A DNA stretch of 64,000 nucleotides from Croceimicrobium sp. (lineage in GTDB: Bacteria; Bacteroidota; Bacteroidia; Flavobacteriales; Schleiferiaceae): contig OZ257133.1 of the NCBI GenBank assembly GCA_965279135.1, positions 475,274 through 539,273 on the forward strand, written 5' to 3'. How positions within the stretch are numbered: position 1 is the stretch's first letter; every line of letters begins with the position of its first letter. The position numbers and the translations under genes were made by a program. Shown in pieces: positions 10,588 to 20,745 of this stretch. The notes below the pieces were generated by a model. The model worked only from the letters and a program-made list of their open reading frames with translations. It searched no databases and had not been told where the DNA came from.

Positions 10588-10588
10588 T

Positions 10589-10999
10589 ATGCGCCATTTC
10601 TTTCCAGCCTTGTTGGCGGTTTTGTTCTTTTCGGGATGCGGTTCTTATAAAAGTGTTTTAGAAACCGAATTAGAAGATTACTACTTCAATCAACATATCG
10701 GTGGTACTCAAAGTGCGGGAATAAATGAAGTCTACTACTTTCATCTCAGCGATGATTCCGTGATTATTGAACAAATGCAAGTGGAGGATACCCGAGTTGA
10801 TCTTAAATCTCACAATGGGCTTTTGTATCATTGTGCCACTCCACTAGCAGATCCACAAAAGGTCAACCCTAATGAGTACAGAAAGGTTATGCTATTTGGA
10901 AAAGCCCGGAAAGGCGATGCCGTCGTTACCTGGGAATTAGACTCCGTACCGTTGAAGGAACGCATTTTTATGCCTTCTACCGTACAGCCTCATGACTAG
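10589..10999 (+). CDS. hypothetical lipoprotein
   Basis: Lipobox LFFSGC. Its start lies 1 nt after the upstream stop. Confidence 0.55.
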   Translation: MRHFFPALLAVLFFSGCGSYKSVLETELEDYYFNQHIGGTQSAGINEVYYFHLSDDSVIIEQMQVEDTRVDLKSHNGLLYHCATPLADPQKVNPNEYRKVMLFGKARKGDAVVTWELDSVPLKERIFMPSTVQPHD

Positions 11000-11751
11000 G
11001 CTTTTCTAGCTATGAAAAAGCCATAGCTGTAAAATTCTTTAAAGCGTTCAAAGGTTTTGATTTCAGTTTCATATTCTTTTACGATTGCTTGAGCGGTAGC
11101 GGAGTGTTTGTGATCTGCCAGGAAATCCGGAAAAGTTAAAGCGAGGGGGGCGTAGTAGTTTTTAGACCAACTGTTGGCACTAAGAACAAAATGGTCGATC
11201 ACCTTATAGCCCTCGGATTCCATGGTTTTTATTTTCTCATCAGGGCTGCTCATTTCCGAATATTGGGATAACCAATATTGCTCTAATTCCAATGGTCTCT
11301 GATCTGTAAGCCAAACAATTTCACTTAAAACAATCGCTCCTTCCTCCTTTAAGAAGGGACGCCAACTCTTTATCCCTTTATGGAATCCCATGCTGTAGAT
11401 AGCCCCTTCTGACCAAATGAGGTCCAGGCTTTCAGATTTAAAGGGTAAGGAATTCATATCCGCTTGCAGGGTCCGAATCTTAGAATCTAAATCGGCGCTT
11501 TTGGCGCGTGCATTAAGTTCGCTTAAGAAGTCATCAAAAAGGTCCACTGCAGTGATTTTTCCTTCCAGGGCTTCCGCTAGAACCAACGTTTGACTCCCGC
11601 AACCACTACCAATATCAGCCACTTTAAGCTCCGTCTGGTTATTGAGATTTAGAATTTCGAGTGCCCTCAGAGTTTCTTCCTTGCTACCTGGACCTTGACG
11701 CTCAGTTCTGAGGTGCAAGTCGATGATCAATTGCATTTCATCTTCGCTCAT
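10996..11751 (-). CDS. class I SAM-dependent methyltransferase
   Basis: VADIGSGCGSQT (motif I) with a downstream acidic residue (AVDLFDD). Confidence 0.8.
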   Translation of the reverse strand: MSEDEMQLIIDLHLRTERQGPGSKEETLRALEILNLNNQTELKVADIGSGCGSQTLVLAEALEGKITAVDLFDDFLSELNARAKSADLDSKIRTLQADMNSLPFKSESLDLIWSEGAIYSMGFHKGIKSWRPFLKEEGAIVLSEIVWLTDQRPLELEQYWLSQYSEMSSPDEKIKTMESEGYKVIDHFVLSANSWSKNYYAPLALTFPDFLADHKHSATAQAIVKEYETEIKTFERFKEFYSYGFFIARKA

Positions 11752-12434
11752 CTCTCAAGATGTTTTAAGAATTTTTCCAGGTATTCATCCAGTCGTTTTC
11801 GACGGTATTGCATGATGAATCGGGGATGTTCTAATGGAATCAGCTCTTTGAAAAGATTGGCTTTTTTGTTGATCTTACTCAGAAACTTCATGTTTTTACC
11901 GGTCCCCCAAACAATGGCTTGGTCAGGATTCCCACAGAGTGCTTTTTGTGCGCGGAGCTTTTCGATCATGAAGTCTTCAACCGCCTCATAGAGTGACTCC
12001 TCATCATAGTAATTCCAGTTAATCCAATTGCCCTTAGAATTGTAATGTAAAAAGCCTAAAGGGCAAGCGGCACCAATAAACCAGGATTGGTAAAACCTGG
12101 AAGGACCGCCATAAGCAGCGATCATCCGGTAAACAAACTCGGATGAAGTTTCCCGAGTTTCTATGCTAGTATTTATACCGCAGTGATTTCTTAAGGCTGG
12201 GGTATCTGTAAAGGGAATTCCGGTTTGGCCCGCTCCGAGTCGACCAGGGTTAATCCCAAGAATTAGACCTCGAGATTCATTATCGGAATAAAATTTCTTG
12301 TAAAATTCCTCTAGTAACCGATCTACTTCAGGTTGATCCCCCCGGTAGGGATTCATCACCCTTACATCATTTGGCAGTAGAGAATCTTTTAATTCTAGCT
12401 GAGCATAGAAGTTCAGGATTTGGTCTTTGAGCAT
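11748..12434 (-). CDS. uracil-DNA glycosylase superfamily protein (SMUG2/DUF4918-like)
   Basis: GINPGRLGAGQTGIPFTD near the N-terminus and LEHP near the C-terminus. The family assignment is from memory of the motif. Confidence 0.6.
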   Translation of the reverse strand: MLKDQILNFYAQLELKDSLLPNDVRVMNPYRGDQPEVDRLLEEFYKKFYSDNESRGLILGINPGRLGAGQTGIPFTDTPALRNHCGINTSIETRETSSEFVYRMIAAYGGPSRFYQSWFIGAACPLGFLHYNSKGNWINWNYYDEESLYEAVEDFMIEKLRAQKALCGNPDQAIVWGTGKNMKFLSKINKKANLFKELIPLEHPRFIMQYRRKRLDEYLEKFLKHLER

Positions 12435-12436
12435 TA

Positions 12437-14236
12437 CTACTTTTTCAGAATACGCAAGCTAGCTCCATCTTTGCTGCGTAGATAATAGTAGCCTTCAGCT
12501 TGATCACTTAGATCGATTTTAGAGGTATTATCGAATGTACCAATGAATTTACCCTGGCTGTCGAATAGATCAAAGCTACCCTTGCGACTCAACTTGAAAA
12601 TGTCATCACTAGGATTCGGGAATACATCAAGTTTTTTCTCGCTAAGCTCATCCAGGCTAAAACCTGATCCCAATTGATAAATACTTAGGGTTCCACTAAT
12701 TTCATTTGAAACTACCAGCAGGGCTTGGCCATTAGGGCTCTCTGCAGGAGCAATAAAGCTTAAGAATTCAGGACCTAGATCTCCGGCGGCACTATCACTG
12801 GCAGCCACACTAAAGTTTCGATCAAGGATGTAGGAGTCGAAACTGGGTTGACTAGGATTATCAATATTGTATATCATGATGCCACCCATCCGCTCCAAAG
12901 CGATAAAGGCATAGTTGCTGCCATTAACCGTCCCTACGCAAATGGCCTCTGGTTCAGGACCTTTATCATCACTGCGACTCTTAAAACTATTGTTGTCATC
13001 ATTATTAGAGTTAAACTCAGCTTGATGTAGAATAGCCAAGGTTTGCTCAAATTCATCTCCACTATCCCAAACTAGGTTTCCATCGGTATCCCAAACGCTA
13101 AAACTCCTGGCCCCAAAGGAGAAAAGAGAATCATAAAGGAACATATTGTTGTAATTACCCAGACTGGTCGTAACCTTCAGACGGCCGAGGACGGTATCAT
13201 TTTGTAAGGTGCTTGGATTGTTGAAAACGATAGGATTCAGGTTTACATTGTTAATTCTGCTTTCTTCACTATAGGCAGTATAATCTCTTGCATCTCCTTC
13301 GTTAGCGGTTAGGATGTAATCATTAGCCCCTTGACTATAAAAGGTAATGGCATCCGGTTGATACATCCCAAAAAGGTTAAAGTGATTTTGGATTTTAATC
13401 CCGCTGCTTTGATCTGAGGCATCAATTCCCTGCATGGGTAAGTTGTAGTTTTTGTAACCTAAACCTACTACCGTATCGAGGGTGGCGGTGTTTACATCAA
13501 TAATTGCCAAGGCATTATTTTCCTGTAAACTCACATAAGCCTTACTGCCATTACTGTTTAAGGTAATGTATTCCGGCTCTACATCTTCGGAAAAACTAGA
13601 TAACCCATTATTGCCATATATATTGATTAATGGATCGTAAGGCATTGTGTCATAGCGTGTGAAACCGACCGTTTGCACATCAGCCTGACTTAAGCTAGCG
13701 GCATTACCCCCACCAATATTGATAATGGAGACACTGCCTTGTGGGTCAAAAATGTAATCATCGGATGGTTCACCCTCATTAGCAACCAGCAAGTGTTGCA
13801 GGGATGGGCTGAAGGTGAGCATATCAGGCATCGGACCAACAATCAGCTGGTTCACATAGGTTCCATTGGTGTCGAAGAATACGACTTTACCGTCAGACTG
13901 AGGAAAGCCTGCCTGCAATGCTACCGCGACATTATTACCCTGCACCGCTATTGAATTTACCTGCCCACCATAGGGGCTTAGGTCTATTTGGCCTATCCTG
14001 CTAGGTTTAGAAAAGTCTCCTAATCGAATGATATCAATCTTCCCTTCTGCGGCATTAGTCGAAAAAATTCTCTTTGAGAGGGGTTCGTAAGCATGTACTT
14101 CTGCAGCACCTTGATCGAACTTACCGGTCTGGTAGGTATATACTTTAAACAAGGGTAAATTCTGAGCTTGAGTGCTAATCGCGCCAAGCAATAGGCAGAG
14201 AGAAAGGAAATAGTTGCGCATCGATTTTTTTTTCAA
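12437..14236 (-). CDS. choice-of-anchor I family secreted protein with a T9SS C-terminal domain
   Basis: Signal peptide, LVANEGEP and LTANEGDARDY motifs, C-terminus VFPNPSDDIFKL... Confidence 0.7.
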   Translation of the reverse strand: MKKKSMRNYFLSLCLLLGAISTQAQNLPLFKVYTYQTGKFDQGAAEVHAYEPLSKRIFSTNAAEGKIDIIRLGDFSKPSRIGQIDLSPYGGQVNSIAVQGNNVAVALQAGFPQSDGKVVFFDTNGTYVNQLIVGPMPDMLTFSPSLQHLLVANEGEPSDDYIFDPQGSVSIINIGGGNAASLSQADVQTVGFTRYDTMPYDPLINIYGNNGLSSFSEDVEPEYITLNSNGSKAYVSLQENNALAIIDVNTATLDTVVGLGYKNYNLPMQGIDASDQSSGIKIQNHFNLFGMYQPDAITFYSQGANDYILTANEGDARDYTAYSEESRINNVNLNPIVFNNPSTLQNDTVLGRLKVTTSLGNYNNMFLYDSLFSFGARSFSVWDTDGNLVWDSGDEFEQTLAILHQAEFNSNNDDNNSFKSRSDDKGPEPEAICVGTVNGSNYAFIALERMGGIMIYNIDNPSQPSFDSYILDRNFSVAASDSAAGDLGPEFLSFIAPAESPNGQALLVVSNEISGTLSIYQLGSGFSLDELSEKKLDVFPNPSDDIFKLSRKGSFDLFDSQGKFIGTFDNTSKIDLSDQAEGYYYLRSKDGASLRILKK

Positions 14237-14380
14237 AGAACGGAATTATCCGCTTATAGGTAGAATCAATAAACCCTCCTTCAGATTGCTCGTTATATTA
14301 ATGTCTTAGCCAGAGTATAAGATTGGTATAAAAGCGCTAAGGAGAGCTATGGAATAGCTCATGTTGGTTGGTTGATGAGG

Positions 14381-14406
14381 TCCTGACCCCCAAAAGGGGT
14401 CGGGAT
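14381..14406 (-). terminator. hairpin immediately after the hemL stop (no clear U-tract on the minus strand)
   Basis: TCCTGACCCC-AAAA-GGGGTCGGGA. Confidence 0.45.
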
Positions 14407-14421
14407 TTCTCATTTTTAGGG

Positions 14422-15696
14422 CTATAGTATTTTTCGCGCCGATTCTAAAGTATCATCGATATCGGTATCACTTAAAGCGGCGTTTAGGAACCAGCTTTCA
14501 TAAGCGCTTGGAGGGAGGTATACTCCTTCCTTCAACATACCATGAAAGAAATTCTTGAAATGTTGATTGTCGCCTTGTTTTGCACTTTCAAAATCACGAA
14601 CGGGAAGATCTGCAAAGTGCAGGCTAATCATCGATCCTATTCGATTAATTTGATAGTCGATGCCTTTCTCCTTCAGGATGCTGTGTAATCCTTCTGCGAT
14701 GGTCGAACATTTTTGATCCAGTTCCTGATACACCTGAGGATTATCTCTTAGGTGTTTCAGAAGGGTATACCCAGCTGTCATTGCGATCGGGTTACCGGAT
14801 AGAGTTCCGGCTTGATAGACCGGGCCATTTGGAGCAACATATTCCATGATGTCTTCTCTTCCTCCATAAGCGCCTACCGGTAGGCCGGCTCCGATAACTT
14901 TGCCATAAGTGATAAGGTCCGCTTCGATTCCAGTAGTTTGTTGAGCCCCTCCAAAGCCGAGGCGAAAACCAGTCATCACCTCATCAAAAATGAGAATGAT
15001 GTTTTCGGCATCACACAATTCTCTCAAGCCTTCCAAAAATCCAACTTCCGGTAAAATGCAGCCCATATTGCCTGGAATGGGCTCTAGTATAATCGCTGCA
15101 ATTTCTCCTAGATTAGCCTCTACCAGTTTCTTTACTCCTTCAAGGTCATTGTACTCCGCAAGTAAGGTGTCCTGCGCGGTGCCCGGCGTAACTCCCGGGC
15201 TACTGGGGTGTCCTAAAGTTACGGCGCCTGATCCGGCCTTTATTAGAAAGCTGTCGCCATGGCCATGGTAGTTTCCGGCGAACTTTATAAACTTGTTTTT
15301 ACCGCTAAAACCTCGAGCGAGGCGAATAGCACTCATGGTGGCCTCGGTGCCGGAGTTTACCATGCGAATACGATCTACATTGGGAATTTCCTGTACGATC
15401 AAGCGAGCTAACTCGATCTCCATCTCGGTGGGTGCCCCGAAAGAGGTGGAACGCTCCGAAGCTTTTTGCACCGCTTCAATCACCGGTTCCCAGGCATGAC
15501 CCATAATCATCGGGCCCCAGGATGCGATGTAGTCAATGTATCGATTGCCATCTGCATCATAGAGGTGGGCACCTTTGGCTCGGGTCATAAAAATCGGATC
15601 GCCACCAACGGATTTAAAAGCTCGCACGGGAGAGTTTACCCCACCGGGGATGTATTGGGAGGCTTCTTGGAAGAGGGTTTTGCTTTTCGTATACAT
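14422..15696 (-). CDS. hemL: glutamate-1-semialdehyde 2,1-aminomutase
   Basis: [10 protein letters not shown], class-III aminotransferase. The start is taken at MYTKSK (15696). Confidence 0.93.
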   Translation of the reverse strand: MYTKSKTLFQEASQYIPGGVNSPVRAFKSVGGDPIFMTRAKGAHLYDADGNRYIDYIASWGPMIMGHAWEPVIEAVQKASERSTSFGAPTEMEIELARLIVQEIPNVDRIRMVNSGTEATMSAIRLARGFSGKNKFIKFAGNYHGHGDSFLIKAGSGAVTLGHPSSPGVTPGTAQDTLLAEYNDLEGVKKLVEANLGEIAAIILEPIPGNMGCILPEVGFLEGLRELCDAENIILIFDEVMTGFRLGFGGAQQTTGIEADLITYGKVIGAGLPVGAYGGREDIMEYVAPNGPVYQAGTLSGNPIAMTAGYTLLKHLRDNPQVYQELDQKCSTIAEGLHSILKEKGIDYQINRIGSMISLHFADLPVRDFESAKQGDNQHFKNFFHGMLKEGVYLPPSAYESWFLNAALSDTDIDDTLESARKIL

Positions 15697-15700
15697 AGTT

Positions 15701-15729
15701 TTACCGCAAAGAAGCAAAGAAGCAAAGAG
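15701..15729. repeat. left arm of the inverted repeat flanking the GxxExxY gene; (GCAAAGAA)x3
   Basis: TTACCGCAAAGAAGCAAAG at 15701-15719 is the exact reverse complement of 16133-16151. Confidence 0.9.
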
Positions 15730-15737
15730 TGGATTCT

Positions 15738-16124
15738 TTAAAATCGGTAAACCATCCTTTGTATTCCTTGCTGCATTTTTTCAACATTAAAATTTAGTAT
15801 GAGTCCCAACCGATTATCAGTCAGTTTGAGGTAGGTGAGCAATTGGGCCTGATGGATGGGTAATATTTTCTCAACTGTTTTCAATTCAAGGCAAAGAGTT
15901 TTGTCTACTAAAATATCGATTGCGAAACTCTTTCCTACTTTCTTTTTCTTATAAAGAATCTCAATAAATTTCTGTCTTTCAAAAGGAATCTTTCTTTTCG
16001 TTAGTTCTTCGCAAAGGCAATGCTCATAAACTGATTCTAATAATCCAGGTCCCAGAATTGAATGGACTTCAATCGCTGCTCCAATTACACTATTGCTTAA
16101 GCTATCCAAATATGCTCTATCCAC
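15738..16124 (-). CDS. GxxExxY protein (PD-(D/E)xK-like small protein family)
   Basis: [25 protein letters not shown] carries the name-giving GxxExxY motif. GTG start. Confidence 0.8.
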   Translation of the reverse strand: MDRAYLDSLSNSVIGAAIEVHSILGPGLLESVYEHCLCEELTKRKIPFERQKFIEILYKKKKVGKSFAIDILVDKTLCLELKTVEKILPIHQAQLLTYLKLTDNRLGLILNFNVEKMQQGIQRMVYRF

Positions 16125-16151
16125 TTTGCGTCCTTTGCTTCTTTGCGGTAA
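16124..16151. repeat. right arm of the inverted repeat flanking the GxxExxY gene
   Basis: CTTTGCGTCCTTTGCTTCTTTGCGGTAA. Positions 16133-16151 are the exact reverse complement of 15701-15719. Confidence 0.9.
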
Positions 16152-16183
16152 GGAAGTGAATAGAAGCTCAAAAAAAAACTCTT

Positions 16184-17170
16184 TTATTGTCCTAAGTACT
16201 TAATGATGTCTTTCACAAAGTAGGTCGCAATAAGATCCGCGCCGGCCCGCTTAATCGCAGTAATAGACTCCACCATCGCTTCTTCCTCATTGAGCCAACC
16301 ATTGGCAGCGGCCGCCTTAATCATCGCGTACTCCCCGCTTACATGATAAGCACTAACCGGTACGGTGCTTATTTCTTTAGTCTGGCGAATAATATCTAAA
16401 TAGGCCATTGCAGGTTTCACCATCACCATATCTGCTCCTTCTGCCAGGTCTAATTCCACTTCCCGTCGTGCTTCAATAACATTCGCAGGATTCATCTGAT
16501 AAGTCTTTTTGTCTTTAGGTACATTCTCCATATCCACAGGTGCAGAGTCCAGAGCATCCCGGAAAGGACCATAGAAGCAAGAGGCATATTTAGCGCTGTA
16601 ACTCATGATCCCTACATTTTCGAAACCAGCTGTGTCTAATGCAATTCTGAGGGCCTCAATACGTCCGTCCATCATATCGCTGGGAGCTACAAAATCAGCT
16701 CCTGCCTGGGCATGACTTACCGCCATTTCGGCCAATGCTCCAACTGAAGCATCATTAATAATCATCCCGTCTTCGACAATACCATCATGACCCAGACTAG
16801 AGAAAGGGTCCAGGGCCACATCGGTCATTAGAAGCATGTTCGGCGCAACTTCCTTAATCATGCGAATGGCCCTTTGCATAAGGCCATCCGGATTAACCGC
16901 CTCAGTCCCATCATTATCTTTAAGCTCATCGTCAACTTTGACAAAGAGCAGTAGGCTGGTGCACCCTATATTCTGCAGCTCTTTTACTTCTTCTTCCAGG
17001 AGATCCAGGCTATATCTATAATAACCCGGCATCGAGCTGATCTCACTTTTTACACCCTTCCCCTCAACAGCAAAAAGGGGAGCGATAAAATCGGAAGGAT
17101 GTAATCGTGTTTCTTGTGCGATTCCTCTTATTGCGGCGGATTGCCTTAAGCGTCTCGGTCTTTGTAACAT
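16184..17170 (-). CDS. hemB: porphobilinogen synthase (ALA dehydratase)
   Basis: MLQRPRRLR..., active-site region VMVKPA. I prefer the ATG at 17170 over the TTG at 17188. Confidence 0.92.
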   Translation of the reverse strand: MLQRPRRLRQSAAIRGIAQETRLHPSDFIAPLFAVEGKGVKSEISSMPGYYRYSLDLLEEEVKELQNIGCTSLLLFVKVDDELKDNDGTEAVNPDGLMQRAIRMIKEVAPNMLLMTDVALDPFSSLGHDGIVEDGMIINDASVGALAEMAVSHAQAGADFVAPSDMMDGRIEALRIALDTAGFENVGIMSYSAKYASCFYGPFRDALDSAPVDMENVPKDKKTYQMNPANVIEARREVELDLAEGADMVMVKPAMAYLDIIRQTKEISTVPVSAYHVSGEYAMIKAAAANGWLNEEEAMVESITAIKRAGADLIATYFVKDIIKYLGQ

Positions 17171-17172
17171 GC

Positions 17173-18090
17173 TTATTCTTTTATCCAATTAAGGGGCTCA
17201 CTTAATACTTCTACTAATCTTGCTTCTGGGCTTCCTTCTTCTGGAATTACATTGTAGTCCCAGCGCACGCGAGGCGGTAGACTCATCAGGATGCTTTCGG
17301 TACGACCATTGGTGCGCAAGCCAAATAGAGTCCCACGGTCATGAACCAAATTAAACTCTACATAGCGACCGCGGCGAAGCTCTTGCCAATAGCGCTGTTC
17401 TTCCGTAAAAGGTAAATCCTTACATCGTTCAATTATAGGTAGGTAGGAGGGGAGGAAACTTCTCCCCATATCGGTAGTAAAGGCAAACCAATCTTCCAGG
17501 CTTTTTTCCTCATTGGCTTTTAGGTAGTCGAAAAAGGTTCCACCAATGCCACGCCCCTCATTGCGATGATGATTACGGAAATATTTATCGCAGGCCTCTT
17601 TAAATTTCGGATAAAGCTTTTTGCCATGCGGGTCAGCAGCCTTTTTCTGTTCAGCGTGAAAGTGCACCGCATCTTCTTCAAAGAGGTAATAGGGGGTCAG
17701 ATCGCTACCTCCACCAAACCAGGCATCCATTCTATTTCCAGCCTCATCGTACATTTCAAAAAACCGGAAGTTAGCATGGGTGGTAGGAGCCATCGGATTT
17801 AAGGGGTGAATCACCAGGGATATCCCGCAAGCGAAGAAATTCTTCCCTTCCGTCTGCATATTCTTCTTTAATGCTTCAGGCATTTCGCCATGCACTATGG
17901 AGGTACTTACGCCTGCTTTTTCAAATACTGCCCCATTGGAAAGTACTCTCGATCGACCGCCACCACCGCCGGGACGTTCCCAATGATCTTCCTGGAACTT
18001 CGCTTTACCATCCACATTTTCCATGGCCAGGCAAATTTCATCCTGAAGGCTGCGAATGAATTCAACAAAGCGGTCCTTTAGATCAGCCAT
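17173..18090 (-). CDS. hemF: oxygen-dependent coproporphyrinogen III oxidase
   Basis: [21 protein letters not shown] and [11 protein letters not shown]. Confidence 0.92.
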   Translation of the reverse strand: MADLKDRFVEFIRSLQDEICLAMENVDGKAKFQEDHWERPGGGGGRSRVLSNGAVFEKAGVSTSIVHGEMPEALKKNMQTEGKNFFACGISLVIHPLNPMAPTTHANFRFFEMYDEAGNRMDAWFGGGSDLTPYYLFEEDAVHFHAEQKKAADPHGKKLYPKFKEACDKYFRNHHRNEGRGIGGTFFDYLKANEEKSLEDWFAFTTDMGRSFLPSYLPIIERCKDLPFTEEQRYWQELRRGRYVEFNLVHDRGTLFGLRTNGRTESILMSLPPRVRWDYNVIPEEGSPEARLVEVLSEPLNWIKE

Positions 18091-19111
18091 AGTTTTTCAC
18101 CGTATTGATGAAGGCTTTGGCATGATCCACCGGAATATTTGGAAGAATACCGTGCCCGAGATTTGCGATGTACTTGTAAACTCCAAAGTCGGAGATCATT
18201 TGCTTAGTTAGGCGCTCAATTTCGGGGATAGGGGATAATAGACGTGCCGGGTCGAAATTCCCTTGCAAAGTCATTTGGAAATTGGTGAAATCCCGCGCCG
18301 TTTGAGGGCGGATAGTCCAGTCTACACCAAGGGCGCTAACCGGCATTTGACTCATCTCTTCCAAAGCAAACCAACACCCTTTAGCAAAGGCTATTACTGG
18401 AGTGTATTCATGGAGGGCTTCCGCAATTTGCTTGATATAGGGAAGGGAGTAAATGCGATAGTCGTCGGGTGATAGAAGACCGCCCCAACTGTCAAAAATC
18501 TGTACTGCATCAACGCCTCTTTCCTGTTTATGGCGCAGGTAGTCGATGGTTACATCTGTGATCTTTTGTAAGAGTTTATGGGCAGCTTCAGGATATCGGT
18601 AACAGAACTCCTTGGCCTTATCGAAAGTCTTACTGCCTTGACCTTCTACCATATAGCATAGGATGGTCCAGGGCGATCCTGCGAATCCAATTAATGGTAC
18701 TTCTCTTTCCAGGGCTTCAAGAGTGAGGTCAATCGCGGAATACACATAATGCAGGCGATCTTTCACATCTATCTCTGGCAAGGCATCTACTTGCTCCGGA
18801 TTGCGGATGGGCTCAGGTAGATAAGGTCCTTTACCGGGAACCATTTGCACTTCTACATCGAGCGCCTGTGGGATGACCAGGATATCGCTAAACAGGATTG
18901 CCGCATCTGGCCCTACCTGATGGATGGGCATTACCGTAATCTCTGTAGCTAATTCCGGATTTTCTGCTCTTTCGAAGAAACTGTATTTCTCCTTGAGTTT
19001 CATGAAATCAGGTAGATACCTACCAGCCTGACGCATCATCCATACGGGTGGACGGTCAACTTTCTCACCCCTAAGGGCTTTTAAAAACAGATCGTTCTTT
19101 AAAGGAGTCAT
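18083..19111 (-). CDS. hemE: uroporphyrinogen decarboxylase
   Basis: [15 protein letters not shown] and IFDSWGG. Confidence 0.93.
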   Translation of the reverse strand: MTPLKNDLFLKALRGEKVDRPPVWMMRQAGRYLPDFMKLKEKYSFFERAENPELATEITVMPIHQVGPDAAILFSDILVIPQALDVEVQMVPGKGPYLPEPIRNPEQVDALPEIDVKDRLHYVYSAIDLTLEALEREVPLIGFAGSPWTILCYMVEGQGSKTFDKAKEFCYRYPEAAHKLLQKITDVTIDYLRHKQERGVDAVQIFDSWGGLLSPDDYRIYSLPYIKQIAEALHEYTPVIAFAKGCWFALEEMSQMPVSALGVDWTIRPQTARDFTNFQMTLQGNFDPARLLSPIPEIERLTKQMISDFGVYKYIANLGHGILPNIPVDHAKAFINTVKNYG

Positions 19112-19842
19112 GAATTTGTTTTAAGGCTCTTGCCAAAATATTCGATCACTTTTGATACTACACCTTCCAAAGTGGGTTCATCGGCGGAAACGCGTGGGTT
19201 ATCGCTACGTAAGCGTACCGCTTCCGCAGTGGTTGCACCAATACAAATTGCGGGAACCTCCGGCTTAAGCTTATTTTTTTTGAAGAAGCTAAAAGCGGCA
19301 GTAGGGCTAAGGAAAATCGCACCATTGAAATCTTCTGTTTCCACTTCTTCATGCACCAATTCTGTTTGATACACTACTTCCTGATGTACTCGGATATTCT
19401 TACTGCTCAGGTATTCCGGAAGGTCGTCTAGAGATTTATTACCACAAAAGAAATCCACTGACTTCACATCAGGATTCCTTGCTATGATTTGAGCCAATTT
19501 AAGAGCGTTTTCAGATCGTACACTGGATCGGATTCCTAGTTCCGCTAACATTTCGGTGGCTTTGATACCTACTGTAAAAGTTCGCTTGGGGGATATTTGG
19601 AGATCCGGTTCTGACTTAAGAAGCGCGTTTAAACTTCGCACCGCATTTTTACTGGTGAAAACCCAGGCATTGCTATCAGAATTACTAATCCTTTCACGAA
19701 AGCTGCTTGGATTGAAAATATGCTCGACCTTAATGAAATTCTTGGACTGAAGTTCAATGCCTGCATTTTCGATTTCTTCCTCAAAATGTTTGGGAAGAAT
19801 TCGGGTAGAGAAAACCAGTGGCCGCTTAGTGTCGCTAATCAT
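19108..19842 (-). CDS. hemD: uroporphyrinogen-III synthase
   Basis: Its position between hemC and hemE with overlapping stop/start codons, plus HemD-like length. Sequence conservation is weak, as is usual for this family. Confidence 0.7.
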   Translation of the reverse strand: MISDTKRPLVFSTRILPKHFEEEIENAGIELQSKNFIKVEHIFNPSSFRERISNSDSNAWVFTSKNAVRSLNALLKSEPDLQISPKRTFTVGIKATEMLAELGIRSSVRSENALKLAQIIARNPDVKSVDFFCGNKSLDDLPEYLSSKNIRVHQEVVYQTELVHEEVETEDFNGAIFLSPTAAFSFFKKNKLKPEVPAICIGATTAEAVRLRSDNPRVSADEPTLEGVVSKVIEYFGKSLKTNS

Positions 19843-20743
19843 TCTTCAGTTTATCCATAATGGATGTTGCCCCTTGCTTTAAAGCTAGCTCTGCTAGTTT
19901 AATTCCCAGGTCATCCGCATCATTCAAAGGTACCGTATTTTCAAGTACAACTTTTTCACTTCCGTCCAGACTAAAAACCCCGCAATGCAATGAAAGTTCT
20001 TCATTTTCAATTTTCGCTAAGGCTCCAACAGGTGCGGAACATCCTCCTTCAATGCGATTGAGAAAATCGCGTTCGACTTTCGCGCAAAGTGCGGTTGCAG
20101 GATGGTTAATCTTGTCGAGAATCCTTTCTATTTCTTCTTCGCCCTGGCGACAGCAAATACCAATAATTCCCTGAGCTGGTGCAGGAATCATCCAGTCCAG
20201 AGTCTCGTGGTTTTCAGGGAGGATATTAAGCCTTTCTAAGCCAGCTTTGGCAAATATGGCTCCATGCCAATCACCCTCTTCCAATTTTCGTAATCGCGTT
20301 TGCACATTACCACGCAGATTGGGATTATTGTGTTTGGGATACTTGCTTTTCCATTGAGCGACGCGCCGGATACTGCCGGTTGCGACTTGGCCAACTCCCT
20401 GGTTTAGGAAATCGAGATCACCTTTATGAACTAGAATATCACGATAGGATCCTCTGGCCAATACTGCACGCATCTCAATTCCTTGCGGAGCTTGGGTGGG
20501 ATAGTCTTTTAAAGAATGAACGGCAATATCGGCTCGGTTTTCCAATAAGGCATCATCCAGTATTTTGGTAAAAATCCCTGTCCCCCCAAATTGATTGAGT
20601 GGGGTGCTAAGATCAATATCCCCCGCGGATTTAAGCTCTACCAGAGTGCTATTTATGCCAATCGCCTGGAGTTCATCTGCTACTTTTTGCGCTTGCCAAA
20701 CCGCCAGAGCAGAATCTCTGGTTCCAATACGAAGACTGGTCAT
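19835..20743 (-). CDS. hemC: hydroxymethylbilane synthase (porphobilinogen deaminase)
   Basis: RIGTRDSALAVWQA, HSLKD and GNVQTRLRKL. Confidence 0.93.
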   Translation of the reverse strand: MTSLRIGTRDSALAVWQAQKVADELQAIGINSTLVELKSAGDIDLSTPLNQFGGTGIFTKILDDALLENRADIAVHSLKDYPTQAPQGIEMRAVLARGSYRDILVHKGDLDFLNQGVGQVATGSIRRVAQWKSKYPKHNNPNLRGNVQTRLRKLEEGDWHGAIFAKAGLERLNILPENHETLDWMIPAPAQGIIGICCRQGEEEIERILDKINHPATALCAKVERDFLNRIEGGCSAPVGALAKIENEELSLHCGVFSLDGSEKVVLENTVPLNDADDLGIKLAELALKQGATSIMDKLKND

Positions 20744-20745
20744 AA

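Noticed and set aside
14237-14380. Possible small RNA between the choice-of-anchor gene start and the hemL end (hairpin GAGCTAT-GGA-ATAGCTC at about 14344-14360)
   Set aside because: It is a single short hairpin in a promoter-containing region, with no terminator or promoter pair to define a transcript. The evidence is insufficient.
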